Source: Candidatus Melainabacteria bacterium 17Bon1m (lineage in GTDB: Bacteria; Cyanobacteriota; Vampirovibrionia; Obscuribacterales; Obscuribacteraceae). Taken from it: 64,000 nt of DNA. Shown piece after piece: positions 10,211-20,506 of the stretch; position 1 is the first letter of the stretch, and every line of letters starts with the position of its first letter. The DNA is taken from the NCBI GenBank assembly GCA_032128875.1, contig JAVLKG010000005.1, positions 480,001 to 544,000 on the forward strand, given 5' to 3'. The translations under genes and the position numbers were made by a program. The notes under the pieces are model-generated. The model searched no databases. It had not been told where the DNA came from and saw only the letters and a list, made by a program, of their open reading frames with translations.

Positions 10211-11662
10211 CTAAAACTGGAAGTAGATGAAAGGCGTTGTGCTGTCCGGGCAGAACGTAATTACCAGCATGATTACAACGGCGAAATAGAGCGCTTTTGC
10301 AGGTGCCGGCACACGCTGGAAAAATCCTGTTTGTCTCAGGTATCCGACAACTGGTGTAGCCAAAAGTAAAAGGGCAACGAGCACAATTACAGTCGGAACG
10401 ACAACCGGTAGCTCTGGTCTGAAGACGAGGAAATGACCAGCTTCAGCTTTTGTGAAAATGGGCGAAAGCAGCACCATTTTCTTGACCATGCTGAATGCAG
10501 CGCCGATGTCGGTGATGCGGAAGAATATCCAACCGATGCATACGACGTGGAATGTCAGCAGCATCGACAAAATATTGAACACTTTGCTCTCGAAGAAAGC
10601 ACGTAAATGGCTTGTGTTCTCACGCCATTGACTGAAATTTCTATGAACGATCAAACAAAGCCCGTGGAAGACGCCCCAGACAACGAAGTTCCAAGACGCT
10701 CCGTGCCAGAGCCCTCCGAGCGCCATCGTCAGCAAAAGATTGCGATCTGTCATACGTTTGCTTCCCCGCGAGCCACCGAGCGGAATGAAGAGATAGTCTC
10801 TGAGCCAGGTGGAAAGCGAGATATGCCAGCGCCTCCAGAAGTCGGACATATTGCTGGCGATGTAGGGAAGGTTGAAATTGAGCGGGATATGATAACCAAA
10901 AAGAAGCGCCGAACCCCGCCCGATATCTGTATATCCCGAAAAGTCGAAATAAATTTGGAATGCGAAGGCGTAGGCCATGAGCCAAGTTTCAACAGAGCCG
11001 TAAGACGCGTGCGTTTGAGACATCATGTCGACCAGCACTGCCAGGTTGTCCGCCAAGAGCAGTTTTTTCGCTACACCCATGACGATGAGCGGAATTCCCT
11101 CGTCGAAATAATCAAGACTGAGCTTCTTCTCTTCCTGCATTTGTGCCTGGAAGTCAGGAAACCGCTTAATTGGTCCGGCGATTTGCGTAGGAAAGAAAGC
11201 CGCGAACAATGCGAAAAGAACAAACGAGTCTATCGGCTTGCGACCGCGATTGATTTCAAATAGATAGTGTATAAATTCGAAGACGAAGAAGGAAATTCCG
11301 AGCGGCAGAATGATATTCAGCGCAACATGAGACGTTGAATGCGTTATAGGCCGGAGCAGTGCTTCAAACGTGCTGATGAAGAAGTTCATGTATTTGAAAT
11401 AGGCAAGGCAAAGCAAATTTATTGCAACGCCTGCGCCAAATATCACTTTTCTATTCGCTTCTGCCTTTGTTAGCAGTTTTCCCCAGAGCCAGTTGAATAG
11501 AGTCAGTCCAAGAATAAGCAGACCAAAAATTGGAATCCAGCTCATGTAGAAGATATAACTGGCCACGAGCAGCATGGGCAGGCGAAAACGCTGCGGCAGC
11601 AACCAGTAAAGGAGGACCACAGTGGGGAGAAACAGGAGATATTCAAAGCTCGTGAAAATCAT
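10211..11662 (-). CDS. MBOAT O-acyltransferase (AlgI/DltB family)
   Basis: LPLGISFFVFE, FPTQIAGPI, QIYFDFSGYTD, FWRRWHISLSTWLRDYL, LWHGA; start chosen at MIFTSFEY. Confidence 0.95.
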   Translation of the reverse strand: MIFTSFEYLLFLPTVVLLYWLLPQRFRLPMLLVASYIFYMSWIPIFGLLILGLTLFNWLWGKLLTKAEANRKVIFGAGVAINLLCLAYFKYMNFFISTFEALLRPITHSTSHVALNIILPLGISFFVFEFIHYLFEINRGRKPIDSFVLFALFAAFFPTQIAGPIKRFPDFQAQMQEEKKLSLDYFDEGIPLIVMGVAKKLLLADNLAVLVDMMSQTHASYGSVETWLMAYAFAFQIYFDFSGYTDIGRGSALLFGYHIPLNFNLPYIASNMSDFWRRWHISLSTWLRDYLFIPLGGSRGSKRMTDRNLLLTMALGGLWHGASWNFVVWGVFHGLCLIVHRNFSQWRENTSHLRAFFESKVFNILSMLLTFHVVCIGWIFFRITDIGAAFSMVKKMVLLSPIFTKAEAGHFLVFRPELPVVVPTVIVLVALLLLATPVVGYLRQTGFFQRVPAPAKALYFAVVIMLVITFCPDSTTPFIYFQF

Positions 11663-11865
11663 AAAAAACGACCTGAACAGCTCGTGAATTCGGGCAAAAC
11701 ACTGCGATGGTAGCACGGCTGTCAAGGCGTTCGGGCATCTCTTAGAAAAGGCCTATAGTTAATTGTTTTTCTTATTTACGCGTAATGGCGAAATGCAAGT
11801 TGCCGGGCTGTTGTACTGTCTTTAGTTGCGCCTGGTCGCTTAGAAACTGTAAACAAATTGTGTTA

Positions 11866-14526
11866 ATGTCTCGCCCGCTATTACTCGGCATTTTTGCGCT
11901 CTCACTGGCCGTTAGGCTGTGGTTCAACTTTGTCTTTCCGCACATAAACAATGCTGGTGCTGCAGACGGTTCTGAGTATCTGCGTCTTGCTCACGCTATC
12001 GATCAATATTTGAGTCAGCCAGGTAGCGATCTTTCGATTCTCTCCGGATTTAAGCAGTCTGGACCTATCTTTCCTATCTTCATTCTTCTGTGTCAGAAAG
12101 TCGGAAGTTTTTTCGGTTCGCTCCCACCTTCCTGCGCGCCTTTGTTTGGTCAGTGTCTGCTCGCTGCAATTTCGGATGGCTTCCTTTTCTTGACGGCAAA
12201 TTTGCTCTATGGTCGGCGTTGCGCGCTTATCTGCGCTGCTTTTGCAATCTTCTATCCAGCTTCTATCATCAATTCCGGGCGTCTGTATGCGGAGAGTTTT
12301 TCAACCTCGCTGAGCGTCATTCTGCTCTACATCATGTGCCGAGGTTTTGTAGGAGAAAAGCGCAATTGGCTGCAATTCCTTGGTTTGGGAATGGGCTTGG
12401 CGTCATTGCAATTAGCTCGCTCGGTAATGATCGTGCTTTCCTTTGTCAGTCTGCCATTGACGTTCTTTCAAGAGCGTAAGGCAGCTGCTCTCAAATCTTT
12501 GGGTCTCGTTTTGATTGGCATGGCGCTTGTAATGCTTCCCTGGCTGTGCGCGCAAAAGGCTGTTTTGAATAAAGCCAGTCTGGTTGTCGACCGCGTCGGC
12601 AATTACAATCTTTTTGTTGGAACAAATCCTGATATCAGCGGTTGGCTTTCCTATCCTTACCCTGATGGAACAGGCATTGAAAGCAGGTCTGCGCTTTCCG
12701 TGCTGACAAGCAACGTGAAATTGTCGCTCGGTCGCTCAATAAAATTGATGCTGGATAAGCCATACCGATTGGCGAAATTTCCGTGGAACGACTTTCGCAC
12801 CGATATTGGCTTTTTTACTTTTCCGCTGCAAGTCGCATTTCATCAATTTTTGCTTTTGTTATGTGCGGTAGGCATATGCCTGGCACTCATTACCAATCCC
12901 GATGGAAAGCTGGTCGAGCGAGGGATTTTGAGGGCACGTTTGCTGCTTTTTGCGTATTTTGCCAGTCATGCAATTTACTGGTTTTTCATCACTGTTCCAC
13001 GCTACAACATGACTGCGATACCGGAACTGATTCTGTTTGCAGCAGCGGGTGCGGATGCGCTTATGGCATTGTTCAATGAAAATCGAAAGCGTGCCGTTCT
13101 TGTGTTTAACGCATTCTTGCTATTTTTTCTTTCTGCACGCCTCAATGATATCGGACTTCTTTTTCAAGTCACCGGCTCGCCCTCTCTATCGCTCATCCTT
13201 CTGTGTGCTTTGAAAGCTTTTGCCGCAGCACTGTTTTTCTTCTTCCTCTGGAAAGTCTCACAGCAACCAACTGAGAAGCTAGTCGTTTTTCGCGCGGTGT
13301 TTTTGTCCGTTACTGCGGCCTCAATATTTCTGGTTGCTTACCCTGCTCGCGCAAATGGCAGAGCCCTTGAATGGCAAGCCCAGTTGCTCAATAAAGGAGA
13401 GAAGATTTCGCAGCAATTCGTTTTTAGCAAAGATGATATTGCGGCATTGTCCGATAAGAGATTGTTTTTGCTTTTCGACACTGACGGTCTGCGCGACTTT
13501 ATTGAGAATGGACGAATTACGGTCAATGGTGAACCTTTGCACGCTCCAGTAATTCCCGGAATTTCTTTGACGCAAGAATTTTCCGCGGACAAATACATGG
13601 GCAAAGAGAAGAACCAGCTCTATTTTGAATGTGAGTGGATTTATGAGCGCATGACTGCCTCTGCAGGCATTGCAGCTGGCGACATCAGGCAATGGTTCGT
13701 AGTGCCTTTGCCACTAAATGTGGTGAACAAGATAGCCGCTTCCGGCACTCTTTCGGTGGAAATTGAGAATGTCAGCGGAGCACGTTCGTTCAAACTCTTT
13801 GGTAACTATGAGCCGGTGAAGACCCTGCCATCTGTGAATTCTTCTTCCTGGGAAAAAGCGTTTTATGGAGTGGAGAATGACCTCGGCTTTACCGACAGTC
13901 GGTATGATGTGAAACAAGACACTGTGCGGCATACGAAGGCACAGTTAACGTCCGACAGTAAAGAATCCGACGCTGACTTATCACCCAGTCCTGGCATTCA
14001 GACGGGCTCGTACAATATGCTCTTGTCCGCTGTGCCTCTCAAAAACTTGCCTCACACTTTTAGTTTTAACGCGCCATTGCCGAGAAAATTGAGTTTGAAG
14101 AACCAGGAGGCAAAAACATTTCAGACCGCCTTGCTGAGTCCACCGGCAGCCGGACCGAATGACGTCTGGTTGTTTCGTTTGAAGGGGAAATCTTCAGCGC
14201 CGAACGCACCGCACCCTAATATCCTCGTTGAGCCGAAATTGACGGTTCACCTTTCAAATGATTCCGTGAAAACCATAGATTACCCTTGCCGTTGGCTGCC
14301 GCGAAGTCTCCCCAATTATGCTGAACCAACTGCCTTTGATTATTGTTTTCCAATGATGCCAGGTCTACTAAAGGAGAAGATTGCCAGTATTGAGGTTTCG
14401 CTTGAGCCCAAAGATTTCGGTTCCGCGCCGAACCGTTGGCTGGAAATCGACGACCTTGAGCTCGAAGTAGAGTCTATTTACGGGAATCCTGTCAGTTCCT
14501 ACTTCAAAGAAAGCCGCCTCTACTGA
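11866..14526 (+). CDS. ArnT/PMT-like (GT-C) membrane glycosyltransferase with large C-terminal extracytoplasmic domain
   Basis: DGSEY loop, GPIFPIF, LYAES, LPW..GNYNLFVGTNP, PRY motif; start chosen at MSRPLLL. Confidence 0.7.
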   Translation: MSRPLLLGIFALSLAVRLWFNFVFPHINNAGAADGSEYLRLAHAIDQYLSQPGSDLSILSGFKQSGPIFPIFILLCQKVGSFFGSLPPSCAPLFGQCLLAAISDGFLFLTANLLYGRRCALICAAFAIFYPASIINSGRLYAESFSTSLSVILLYIMCRGFVGEKRNWLQFLGLGMGLASLQLARSVMIVLSFVSLPLTFFQERKAAALKSLGLVLIGMALVMLPWLCAQKAVLNKASLVVDRVGNYNLFVGTNPDISGWLSYPYPDGTGIESRSALSVLTSNVKLSLGRSIKLMLDKPYRLAKFPWNDFRTDIGFFTFPLQVAFHQFLLLLCAVGICLALITNPDGKLVERGILRARLLLFAYFASHAIYWFFITVPRYNMTAIPELILFAAAGADALMALFNENRKRAVLVFNAFLLFFLSARLNDIGLLFQVTGSPSLSLILLCALKAFAAALFFFFLWKVSQQPTEKLVVFRAVFLSVTAASIFLVAYPARANGRALEWQAQLLNKGEKISQQFVFSKDDIAALSDKRLFLLFDTDGLRDFIENGRITVNGEPLHAPVIPGISLTQEFSADKYMGKEKNQLYFECEWIYERMTASAGIAAGDIRQWFVVPLPLNVVNKIAASGTLSVEIENVSGARSFKLFGNYEPVKTLPSVNSSSWEKAFYGVENDLGFTDSRYDVKQDTVRHTKAQLTSDSKESDADLSPSPGIQTGSYNMLLSAVPLKNLPHTFSFNAPLPRKLSLKNQEAKTFQTALLSPPAAGPNDVWLFRLKGKSSAPNAPHPNILVEPKLTVHLSNDSVKTIDYPCRWLPRSLPNYAEPTAFDYCFPMMPGLLKEKIASIEVSLEPKDFGSAPNRWLEIDDLELEVESIYGNPVSSYFKESRLY

Positions 14527-14543
14527 CCAATCTGAAGCTATAC

Positions 14544-15380
14544 ATGCGAATCTGCCTTTTTACCAATCACTACCCAGCCAATAATCTCAGTGACGCAGAG
14601 TCGGCCTATGTGACCGAATTAGCGCGCGGGTTAGATGCTTTAGGGCATGAAGTGACTGTAATTTGCGCACATTCGAAAGACGCTTCCACAAAAGGAAAGA
14701 TCAGCGTAATCAGCGCTTCGCCCTCTGCGAAAATCAGCAAGTTGCGGCTTGTCCGCCGCCGGTTGCCAAAATCGGCATCTCAGGCTGCTTCTTTGATCGG
14801 CTTTTGGCACGCATTTGCTGAATGTGGAAAAACTTTCGACGTGGTTGAAGCGGGTCAGGGATTGTCCGGCGCACTTTTAAGCGCCTTCTCCAGAGAAACG
14901 CCATCGGTCTTGCGTGTTACCGGCAGACGCGATGCGAAGGATGAAGGGTTGAGCGCCGATCGAGATTTCGACTCTCAGCTAACCAGTTTGATCGACGATT
15001 TTGCCTTTTCTTGCGTCGATATGTTCAGTTGCGCAAGCAGCAATGAAGCAGATTTCCTCGTTCAAAGTCGGCGCAGGGTGGAGCAGATTGCTGTTAATTC
15101 CGCTCGGAAAGAAGGTGATCTGGCGTCATCCGCCGTGGATATATATGAGGCTGCGATTGATCGTTTTTCCCGAATAAAACAGCCTTATCTCTACCGGCAC
15201 GGTGCTCAACGTTTGATCAAAAGCACTGAAGACATGATTTCAATTTATGACCAAATGCTGTATGACCTGCTCTTCAGGGTTTCATACAGATTTCGTTTCG
15301 TCCACTGGCTAAACAAGCTGCGCAGCAATCCTGGAGCGTTCAAAGCTAAATTGCTCCAAAAACTCTGCCAAAAGGCGTGA
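14544..15380 (+). CDS. GT4-like protein, N-terminal domain only (C-domain largely missing)
   Basis: MRICLFTNHYP..YVTELARGLDALGHEVTVI; only 278 aa; no E-x7-E motif. Confidence 0.7.
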   Translation: MRICLFTNHYPANNLSDAESAYVTELARGLDALGHEVTVICAHSKDASTKGKISVISASPSAKISKLRLVRRRLPKSASQAASLIGFWHAFAECGKTFDVVEAGQGLSGALLSAFSRETPSVLRVTGRRDAKDEGLSADRDFDSQLTSLIDDFAFSCVDMFSCASSNEADFLVQSRRRVEQIAVNSARKEGDLASSAVDIYEAAIDRFSRIKQPYLYRHGAQRLIKSTEDMISIYDQMLYDLLFRVSYRFRFVHWLNKLRSNPGAFKAKLLQKLCQKA

Positions 15381-15432
15381 GACTAAGAATCAGGCTTTTC
15401 CCATCGCGACTAAATCGCAGGAGTCCTAATCT

Positions 15433-16053
15433 ATGAAACATTCGAAACACCTTGGACATTATGTCCAAGCGGGAATGGCAGTTTACATTGCATGCCTTGT
15501 AAGCGCCTGCACGACAGCAGACCCGACAGTATCATCAAAAGCTTATAGGGGCGTAATAAGTCTCGACGCCGTTAGATTTGGATTCACAGAAGACACAGCT
15601 AAATCGGCCAACTTGACCTTTGTTGCCGACCCTAAGGTTGTTGCGCCGTTTTCTCAGTATTTGAGCCGATCTTACGACAATCAGGGCGGTCAGTACATGA
15701 TTGATTATTACAATCACAAACCGATTTCACTGCATGTCATTTACGCAGATAAGCCGATATCTAAGGAAGATGCGTTGGTCAAGCTGAAGGCACTTCTGCC
15801 TCAAAATGCTCCGGAAGAAGGCAGAGTTAAGGAATTCCAAGCGTGGGGCGAGAGCAAAGACCGAGGCGAAAGTCGCATTTATGGCGAGGATTTTAAAGCG
15901 CTATTAATCTTCGCTGATAAAGAGGCAACGAAAGTAAAGATGATTTCTGTATACGCCCAATATAAGCCTAATAATCAGCAAAAGGGCAAAGGCGCCGCGA
16001 CAGCTCCACTTTCCGAAGAGAATGCAGGGGCAAAACCGGATAAGAAAGACTAG
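15433..16053 (+). CDS. Hypothetical lipoprotein (paralog of 3736..4347)
   Basis: Lipobox VSAC; shares YxGVIxLD..FG..ED..KSAxLTFV and SQYLSRxYD..GQY with the 3736 ORF. Confidence 0.75.
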   Translation: MKHSKHLGHYVQAGMAVYIACLVSACTTADPTVSSKAYRGVISLDAVRFGFTEDTAKSANLTFVADPKVVAPFSQYLSRSYDNQGGQYMIDYYNHKPISLHVIYADKPISKEDALVKLKALLPQNAPEEGRVKEFQAWGESKDRGESRIYGEDFKALLIFADKEATKVKMISVYAQYKPNNQQKGKGAATAPLSEENAGAKPDKKD

Positions 16054-16179
16054 TGTTAACGATGTTTGAGCTTTGACTCAGACGCGTGGATAAGATGTGT
16101 TTCGTCCTCATGAAATGGCTTACGTGCTAACATCTTGTAATCCCGAAAAGGGCTGTCCAGAACAACCGCATCAGGATCG

Positions 16180-17055
16180 ATGACCGCGACATTAGAACAA
16201 GCCCCGGTAATCTCACCGGAAGAAGATTTGTTTTCGACAGAGCCCGTGCGGATCTCTGCCGAACCGATTACTTCACTGTTGAATCATCATAAGCGCAGCC
16301 TTGTGAAAATGATGGTGTCGCGTGATTTCAAAGGTCGCTATCGGGGCTCCTTGCTTGGCGCTCTCTGGCCCTTCATTCATCCAGTCGGCCATTTGCTTCT
16401 ATATACATTTGTGTTCTGTGTCGTTCTGAAGGTTCGATTTGGAGCGGACGGCTCGACCGGTAATTTTGCTTTGTATCTAATGAGCGGCTTGCTTCCTTGG
16501 GGAGCAATTTCTGAATCCATTGCTCGCTCCACGACATGTATTCTCGAGCAGCCAAACCTTGTTAAACGGGTTGTTTTTCCCTTGGAAGTGATACCAATTG
16601 TGGTGACACTCTCTTCCGCTGCGACTCAAATCGGCGGTATGTTGATTTTGATGGCTTGTGCAATCTTCTATCAAGGTGGCGTTCATCAATCGTTGCTCTT
16701 CCTTCCTGTCATTGCTTTCTCGCAGCTTCTATTCACGACGGGACTCTGTTGGCTGCTTGCCAGTTTGGGTGTCTACGTCCGAGATATGCGTCACCTGATA
16801 TCGCTGGGATTGTCTGTTTGGATGTACATGACTCCGATTGTCTATCCAGCCAGTGCACTGCCAGAGAAGCTCAAGTTTCTTGTTTGGATCAACCCCGTTG
16901 CCGGTATCGTTACGGATTACAGGCGAGTGATTTTAGAAGGCAATCCGCCTGATTTTGCGATGTACGCGTTCTATACGACAATTTCAGTACTGTTCTTTTT
17001 CTCTGGATACTACTTCTTTATGAAGACCAAACGGTCTTTCGCAGACGTGATGTGA
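16180..17055 (+). CDS. wzm: Polysaccharide ABC exporter permease (Wzm/RfbA type)
   Basis: RDFKGRYRGSLLGALW, NLVKRVVFP, TPIVYP, NPV motifs. Confidence 0.92.
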   Translation: MTATLEQAPVISPEEDLFSTEPVRISAEPITSLLNHHKRSLVKMMVSRDFKGRYRGSLLGALWPFIHPVGHLLLYTFVFCVVLKVRFGADGSTGNFALYLMSGLLPWGAISESIARSTTCILEQPNLVKRVVFPLEVIPIVVTLSSAATQIGGMLILMACAIFYQGGVHQSLLFLPVIAFSQLLFTTGLCWLLASLGVYVRDMRHLISLGLSVWMYMTPIVYPASALPEKLKFLVWINPVAGIVTDYRRVILEGNPPDFAMYAFYTTISVLFFFSGYYFFMKTKRSFADVM

Positions 17056-17828
17056 TTTCTATGTATTCGATTCAACTGTCGAACATCTCGAAGAAATACA
17101 ATATTTACGACCGGCCGACCGATCGTTTGAAAGAATTGCTTTTGCGCAATAGTCGCTCATACCATCGAGAGTTTTGGGCGCTTCGCGATGTCTCGTTCAA
17201 TGTCGAGCGTGGTGACTCTGTCGCTTTGCTCGGCCCAAACGGATCAGGTAAATCGACCTTGCTGCAAATTGTGGCTGGAGTTCTTCAACCATCAAAAGGT
17301 CGCATCGCTACCCGCGGCAGAATTACCTCAATTCTTGAGCTCGGTTCCGGGTTTCAACCGGATTACACTGGGCGAGAAAATGTGATTTTGAACGGTATTA
17401 TCCTTGGCATTCCGGAAAAGGAAATTCATCGCAAACTTGATGAAATTGCCGAATTTGCCGAAGTTGGTGATTTCTTCGATCAACCGATTAGAACCTATTC
17501 TTCAGGTATGGTCGTTCGATTGGCATTCGCTTCGATGATCAACGTCGACCCTGAAATTCTTGTTGTTGACGAAGCGATGGCGGTTGGTGACAGGCGTTTT
17601 CAGCTCAAGTGTTTGGACAAAATCCGTGAGTTGCGCAACCGCGGAACAACTCTGATGTTTGTCACGCACGAGCCGAACATGGTTTATAAATATTGCCAGA
17701 ACGCAGTGCTATTGAACGGCGGACAGATGATTCTCAAAGGCTCCTCAGAAGAGGTCGTGCCTGCCTATGAAGAGTTGATGTCAGAGAATGGAGTCGTTGC
17801 GAAAAAGGTTTTCGTCGCCGCGCAGTAA
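17052..17828 (+). CDS. wzt: Polysaccharide ABC exporter ATPase (Wzt type, no C-terminal carbohydrate-binding domain)
   Basis: FWALRDVSF, GPNGSGKST, TYSSGMVVRLAF, VDEAMAVGD; 258 aa. Confidence 0.92.
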   Translation: MISMYSIQLSNISKKYNIYDRPTDRLKELLLRNSRSYHREFWALRDVSFNVERGDSVALLGPNGSGKSTLLQIVAGVLQPSKGRIATRGRITSILELGSGFQPDYTGRENVILNGIILGIPEKEIHRKLDEIAEFAEVGDFFDQPIRTYSSGMVVRLAFASMINVDPEILVVDEAMAVGDRRFQLKCLDKIRELRNRGTTLMFVTHEPNMVYKYCQNAVLLNGGQMILKGSSEEVVPAYEELMSENGVVAKKVFVAAQ

Positions 17829-17832
17829 TTTT

Positions 17833-20244
17833 CTAGTGCACAGAGAATGATATGCATGCAGATGGAGCGCCCATTTGCGCGCCATTCTTATCACGCGCGA
17901 TTGCTCTTATCTGGAAGAATCCGGCTCCGGCGAAGTCGGCACGGTTCAGCAGGTGTTCTGCTTTACTCCCTTTGAGTTGCAGCTTTTTATCCACTGCTAC
18001 TGAGATTTGATCGTCTTTGAAATTGTCGAAGAAGTAGTTAGCTTTGCTTACTTCCAGGGTAATGTCAGCAACGTTTTCCATTGCGGATGCATCGACGCTT
18101 ATTTGTGCTTTGTCGTTGCCGGCACACCAATATGAACCGTTTTCGTTGACGCTTAATCCGGCGACTGTAATCTGAGGGCGGCAGCGCTCTTCCGGCTGTA
18201 TCCTCAACGATTTGACTACCGAATTGCCTGAAGGCATGGTCAAAAACAAATCGTTGATTGTCGAGTTTTGAAACCATTTCCAGTTGCTTGAAAGAGGCAC
18301 GTAAATCGTTTGGAACTGCCCCTTGCCGGTCTCAGGAAGCGTTACTGCACTGATGTGCCGTTGTGCATCAGCACTTGCCGAAATAAACGCATCAATCTGT
18401 TTTTTACCTTCGCCAGGCAGACTTTCAGTCTTAATCTCTATGACGGCAAAGTCGTCTTTGAGTGGATTCAACTGCAGTTGCGCCAGTTGAATGCCCTGGG
18501 TGCCGTCATTTCTGTCGAAGGCGAGACCATCTTGCTCAATTGATAGCAGGCCAGCCTTGCCGCCGGTTTTTATTCCTTGCATTTGACTGCCGGGAGTAAT
18601 TTTGAAGTCTGCTGCCGTCGCGCCTGCATAGACGACTTTATTGAACTTTCGGTTCTCGCTGGACCAAACGAATATTTCTGCACCGCTAGAAGCCAGTGAT
18701 TTGAACCTTTGCGCATTCATTTTATATTCCGGAGAATACATTTCCGGATCGAAAGTTGCAAAAGCTCTTTTCGGTCGAACCTCTGCAAACGGCGGATGTA
18801 CGGAGGACTTGAATGTATCTCCGTTCAAAATCATGTGGGTTCCTTTTGACTCTTTTGGAATGCCAAGAAAAACTGCCGGCACGCTAGTTTCATTTTTGAG
18901 AATTTCTCGCGCCGCCAGTGCTGTGGCCTTTACTTCTTTTCCGGCGTTAACCCATATCAGGTCTGTCTTTGTAGCTACATAACCCCATACAAGGGCAAGT
19001 GATACTGCCACCGCTGACGATACCGTAAAGAGTGAGCGGTCCAAAAGCTTTTCATCACTGTCATCGTTTTGAAATAGAGCAACTGCCAAAAGAGTTGACA
19101 ATGGCATAGTGAAAAAGAATAAGAAGCGAGCGCCTTCCAGGTTGTAGCCGATGCCCCACAGCTTATAAATTGGCAGGAGGGTGGTGACAAACCAGCCCGC
19201 GAGGAATATCAACAACTTGAGCGGTACCTGGCGTGCCAGAAGTCGAACGGCGAAGTTGCAGAAAAGCAAGCAGTAGAGGACAAGAAGAAAGCCCCAGATC
19301 AGATTCGCTGACTGAAAGTGCCCTTGCACCAGAGGAAATGCAATTCTTTGAAGGGTGTCGATATCGAGCCACCGGGCAATGGCATTCTGCTCCTGACTGG
19401 CTCCAAATCCGGCTACATAACCGCCGACCAGCGTTCCAAGGCACAAAAAACGAACGATGAAATAGGCAACGGTCGCTGCCAGAAATGGCCAAGAAAAGGC
19501 GAAGGCGCGCTTAAATGAGATCGCCGGATTGCCGTCCTGGCGGTTTTCTTCCGGCACGTAAAGCCAGCCGACGAGAAATGCAATTACAGGAATGCCGATC
19601 GCCATCTCTTTGACGAGCAGCCCCGAAATGAATGCAGCAACGGCAATACCTGTAATTAGTCGAGATTTCGACTTGCGCAAGAGCAGGATTGCCAGAAGTG
19701 ATATTTCGTAGAAGAAGGCGCTGATGATATCTACGCGACCAAGAACCCAGGAGACACTCTCGCAGTGAAGCGGACTGAGCGCAAAAAGTCCTGCTGCGGT
19801 GAGAGCCGTCAGCCGATTGCGCAGCACACTCTTGCTCGACCCAAGTTGTAAAACAATCAGATAGAGAAGAGCGGCATCAAGAAAGTAGAAGAGCAGGTTT
19901 GTTGCGTAAAAACCAACGGCATTTGCTTTCCATACGAAGAAGTCGATCAGCAAAGACAATAGAAGGAAAGGGCGATAAACGCTCATCCCCGGAATTTGCA
20001 TGTAATTGCCTGTGAAATTAGCAAGAAAAAGATTGGGCTCGGCTGTGCACATCCTGTATAAATAGCGGATTTCGCCCAAATCATCTGCAAGAAAGTAGCT
20101 GCTTATGGTCCGTCCGAATACTGCAATGACGCAAATCAGAATCAGAAGCAAGTCGATATAAATGCGCGACGGCACTGATTTGAGAAAAGCCCCCTGACGC
20201 GGCTGGCTTTCGCTCGTACTTTCTGTTTGTAAGGTGTTGTTCAT
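17833..20244 (-). CDS. GT-C-like polytopic membrane protein (TMTC/PMT-like N-terminus)
   Basis: YFLADD, YRP, SPLHCESVSWVLGRVD, LLVKEMA motifs; large soluble C-terminal region. Confidence 0.7.
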   Translation of the reverse strand: MNNTLQTESTSESQPRQGAFLKSVPSRIYIDLLLILICVIAVFGRTISSYFLADDLGEIRYLYRMCTAEPNLFLANFTGNYMQIPGMSVYRPFLLLSLLIDFFVWKANAVGFYATNLLFYFLDAALLYLIVLQLGSSKSVLRNRLTALTAAGLFALSPLHCESVSWVLGRVDIISAFFYEISLLAILLLRKSKSRLITGIAVAAFISGLLVKEMAIGIPVIAFLVGWLYVPEENRQDGNPAISFKRAFAFSWPFLAATVAYFIVRFLCLGTLVGGYVAGFGASQEQNAIARWLDIDTLQRIAFPLVQGHFQSANLIWGFLLVLYCLLFCNFAVRLLARQVPLKLLIFLAGWFVTTLLPIYKLWGIGYNLEGARFLFFFTMPLSTLLAVALFQNDDSDEKLLDRSLFTVSSAVAVSLALVWGYVATKTDLIWVNAGKEVKATALAAREILKNETSVPAVFLGIPKESKGTHMILNGDTFKSSVHPPFAEVRPKRAFATFDPEMYSPEYKMNAQRFKSLASSGAEIFVWSSENRKFNKVVYAGATAADFKITPGSQMQGIKTGGKAGLLSIEQDGLAFDRNDGTQGIQLAQLQLNPLKDDFAVIEIKTESLPGEGKKQIDAFISASADAQRHISAVTLPETGKGQFQTIYVPLSSNWKWFQNSTINDLFLTMPSGNSVVKSLRIQPEERCRPQITVAGLSVNENGSYWCAGNDKAQISVDASAMENVADITLEVSKANYFFDNFKDDQISVAVDKKLQLKGSKAEHLLNRADFAGAGFFQIRAIARDKNGAQMGAPSACISFSVH

Positions 20245-20506
20245 TGCTCAATTTTGTAAGCCGGTCACTATTCTAGCGCGAGAAGGTGTCACGGCTTGAG
20301 AACCTGAGCTGGGGACGTACACGGAGCTTCGCATGTTAAATTTTTCTATGGCAAAAGGCGGCATTTGGGAAGGGGAGTTGCTTTTCCCCTAGTCATATCT
20401 TTCAGTTAACGCATTGAAAACGGCGCCGTAACAACGTTCAAGCTAGAATTGAGCTGGGTCTTAATGACCCGACCAAACTTGGATACCCGATATTAGCGAT
20501 AACCGT

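Noticed and set aside
10607-11263. 218-aa plus-strand ORF and similar long antisense ORFs (4880..5470, 6218..6829, 42280..42954)
   Set aside because: They lie opposite well-supported conserved genes and have no motifs
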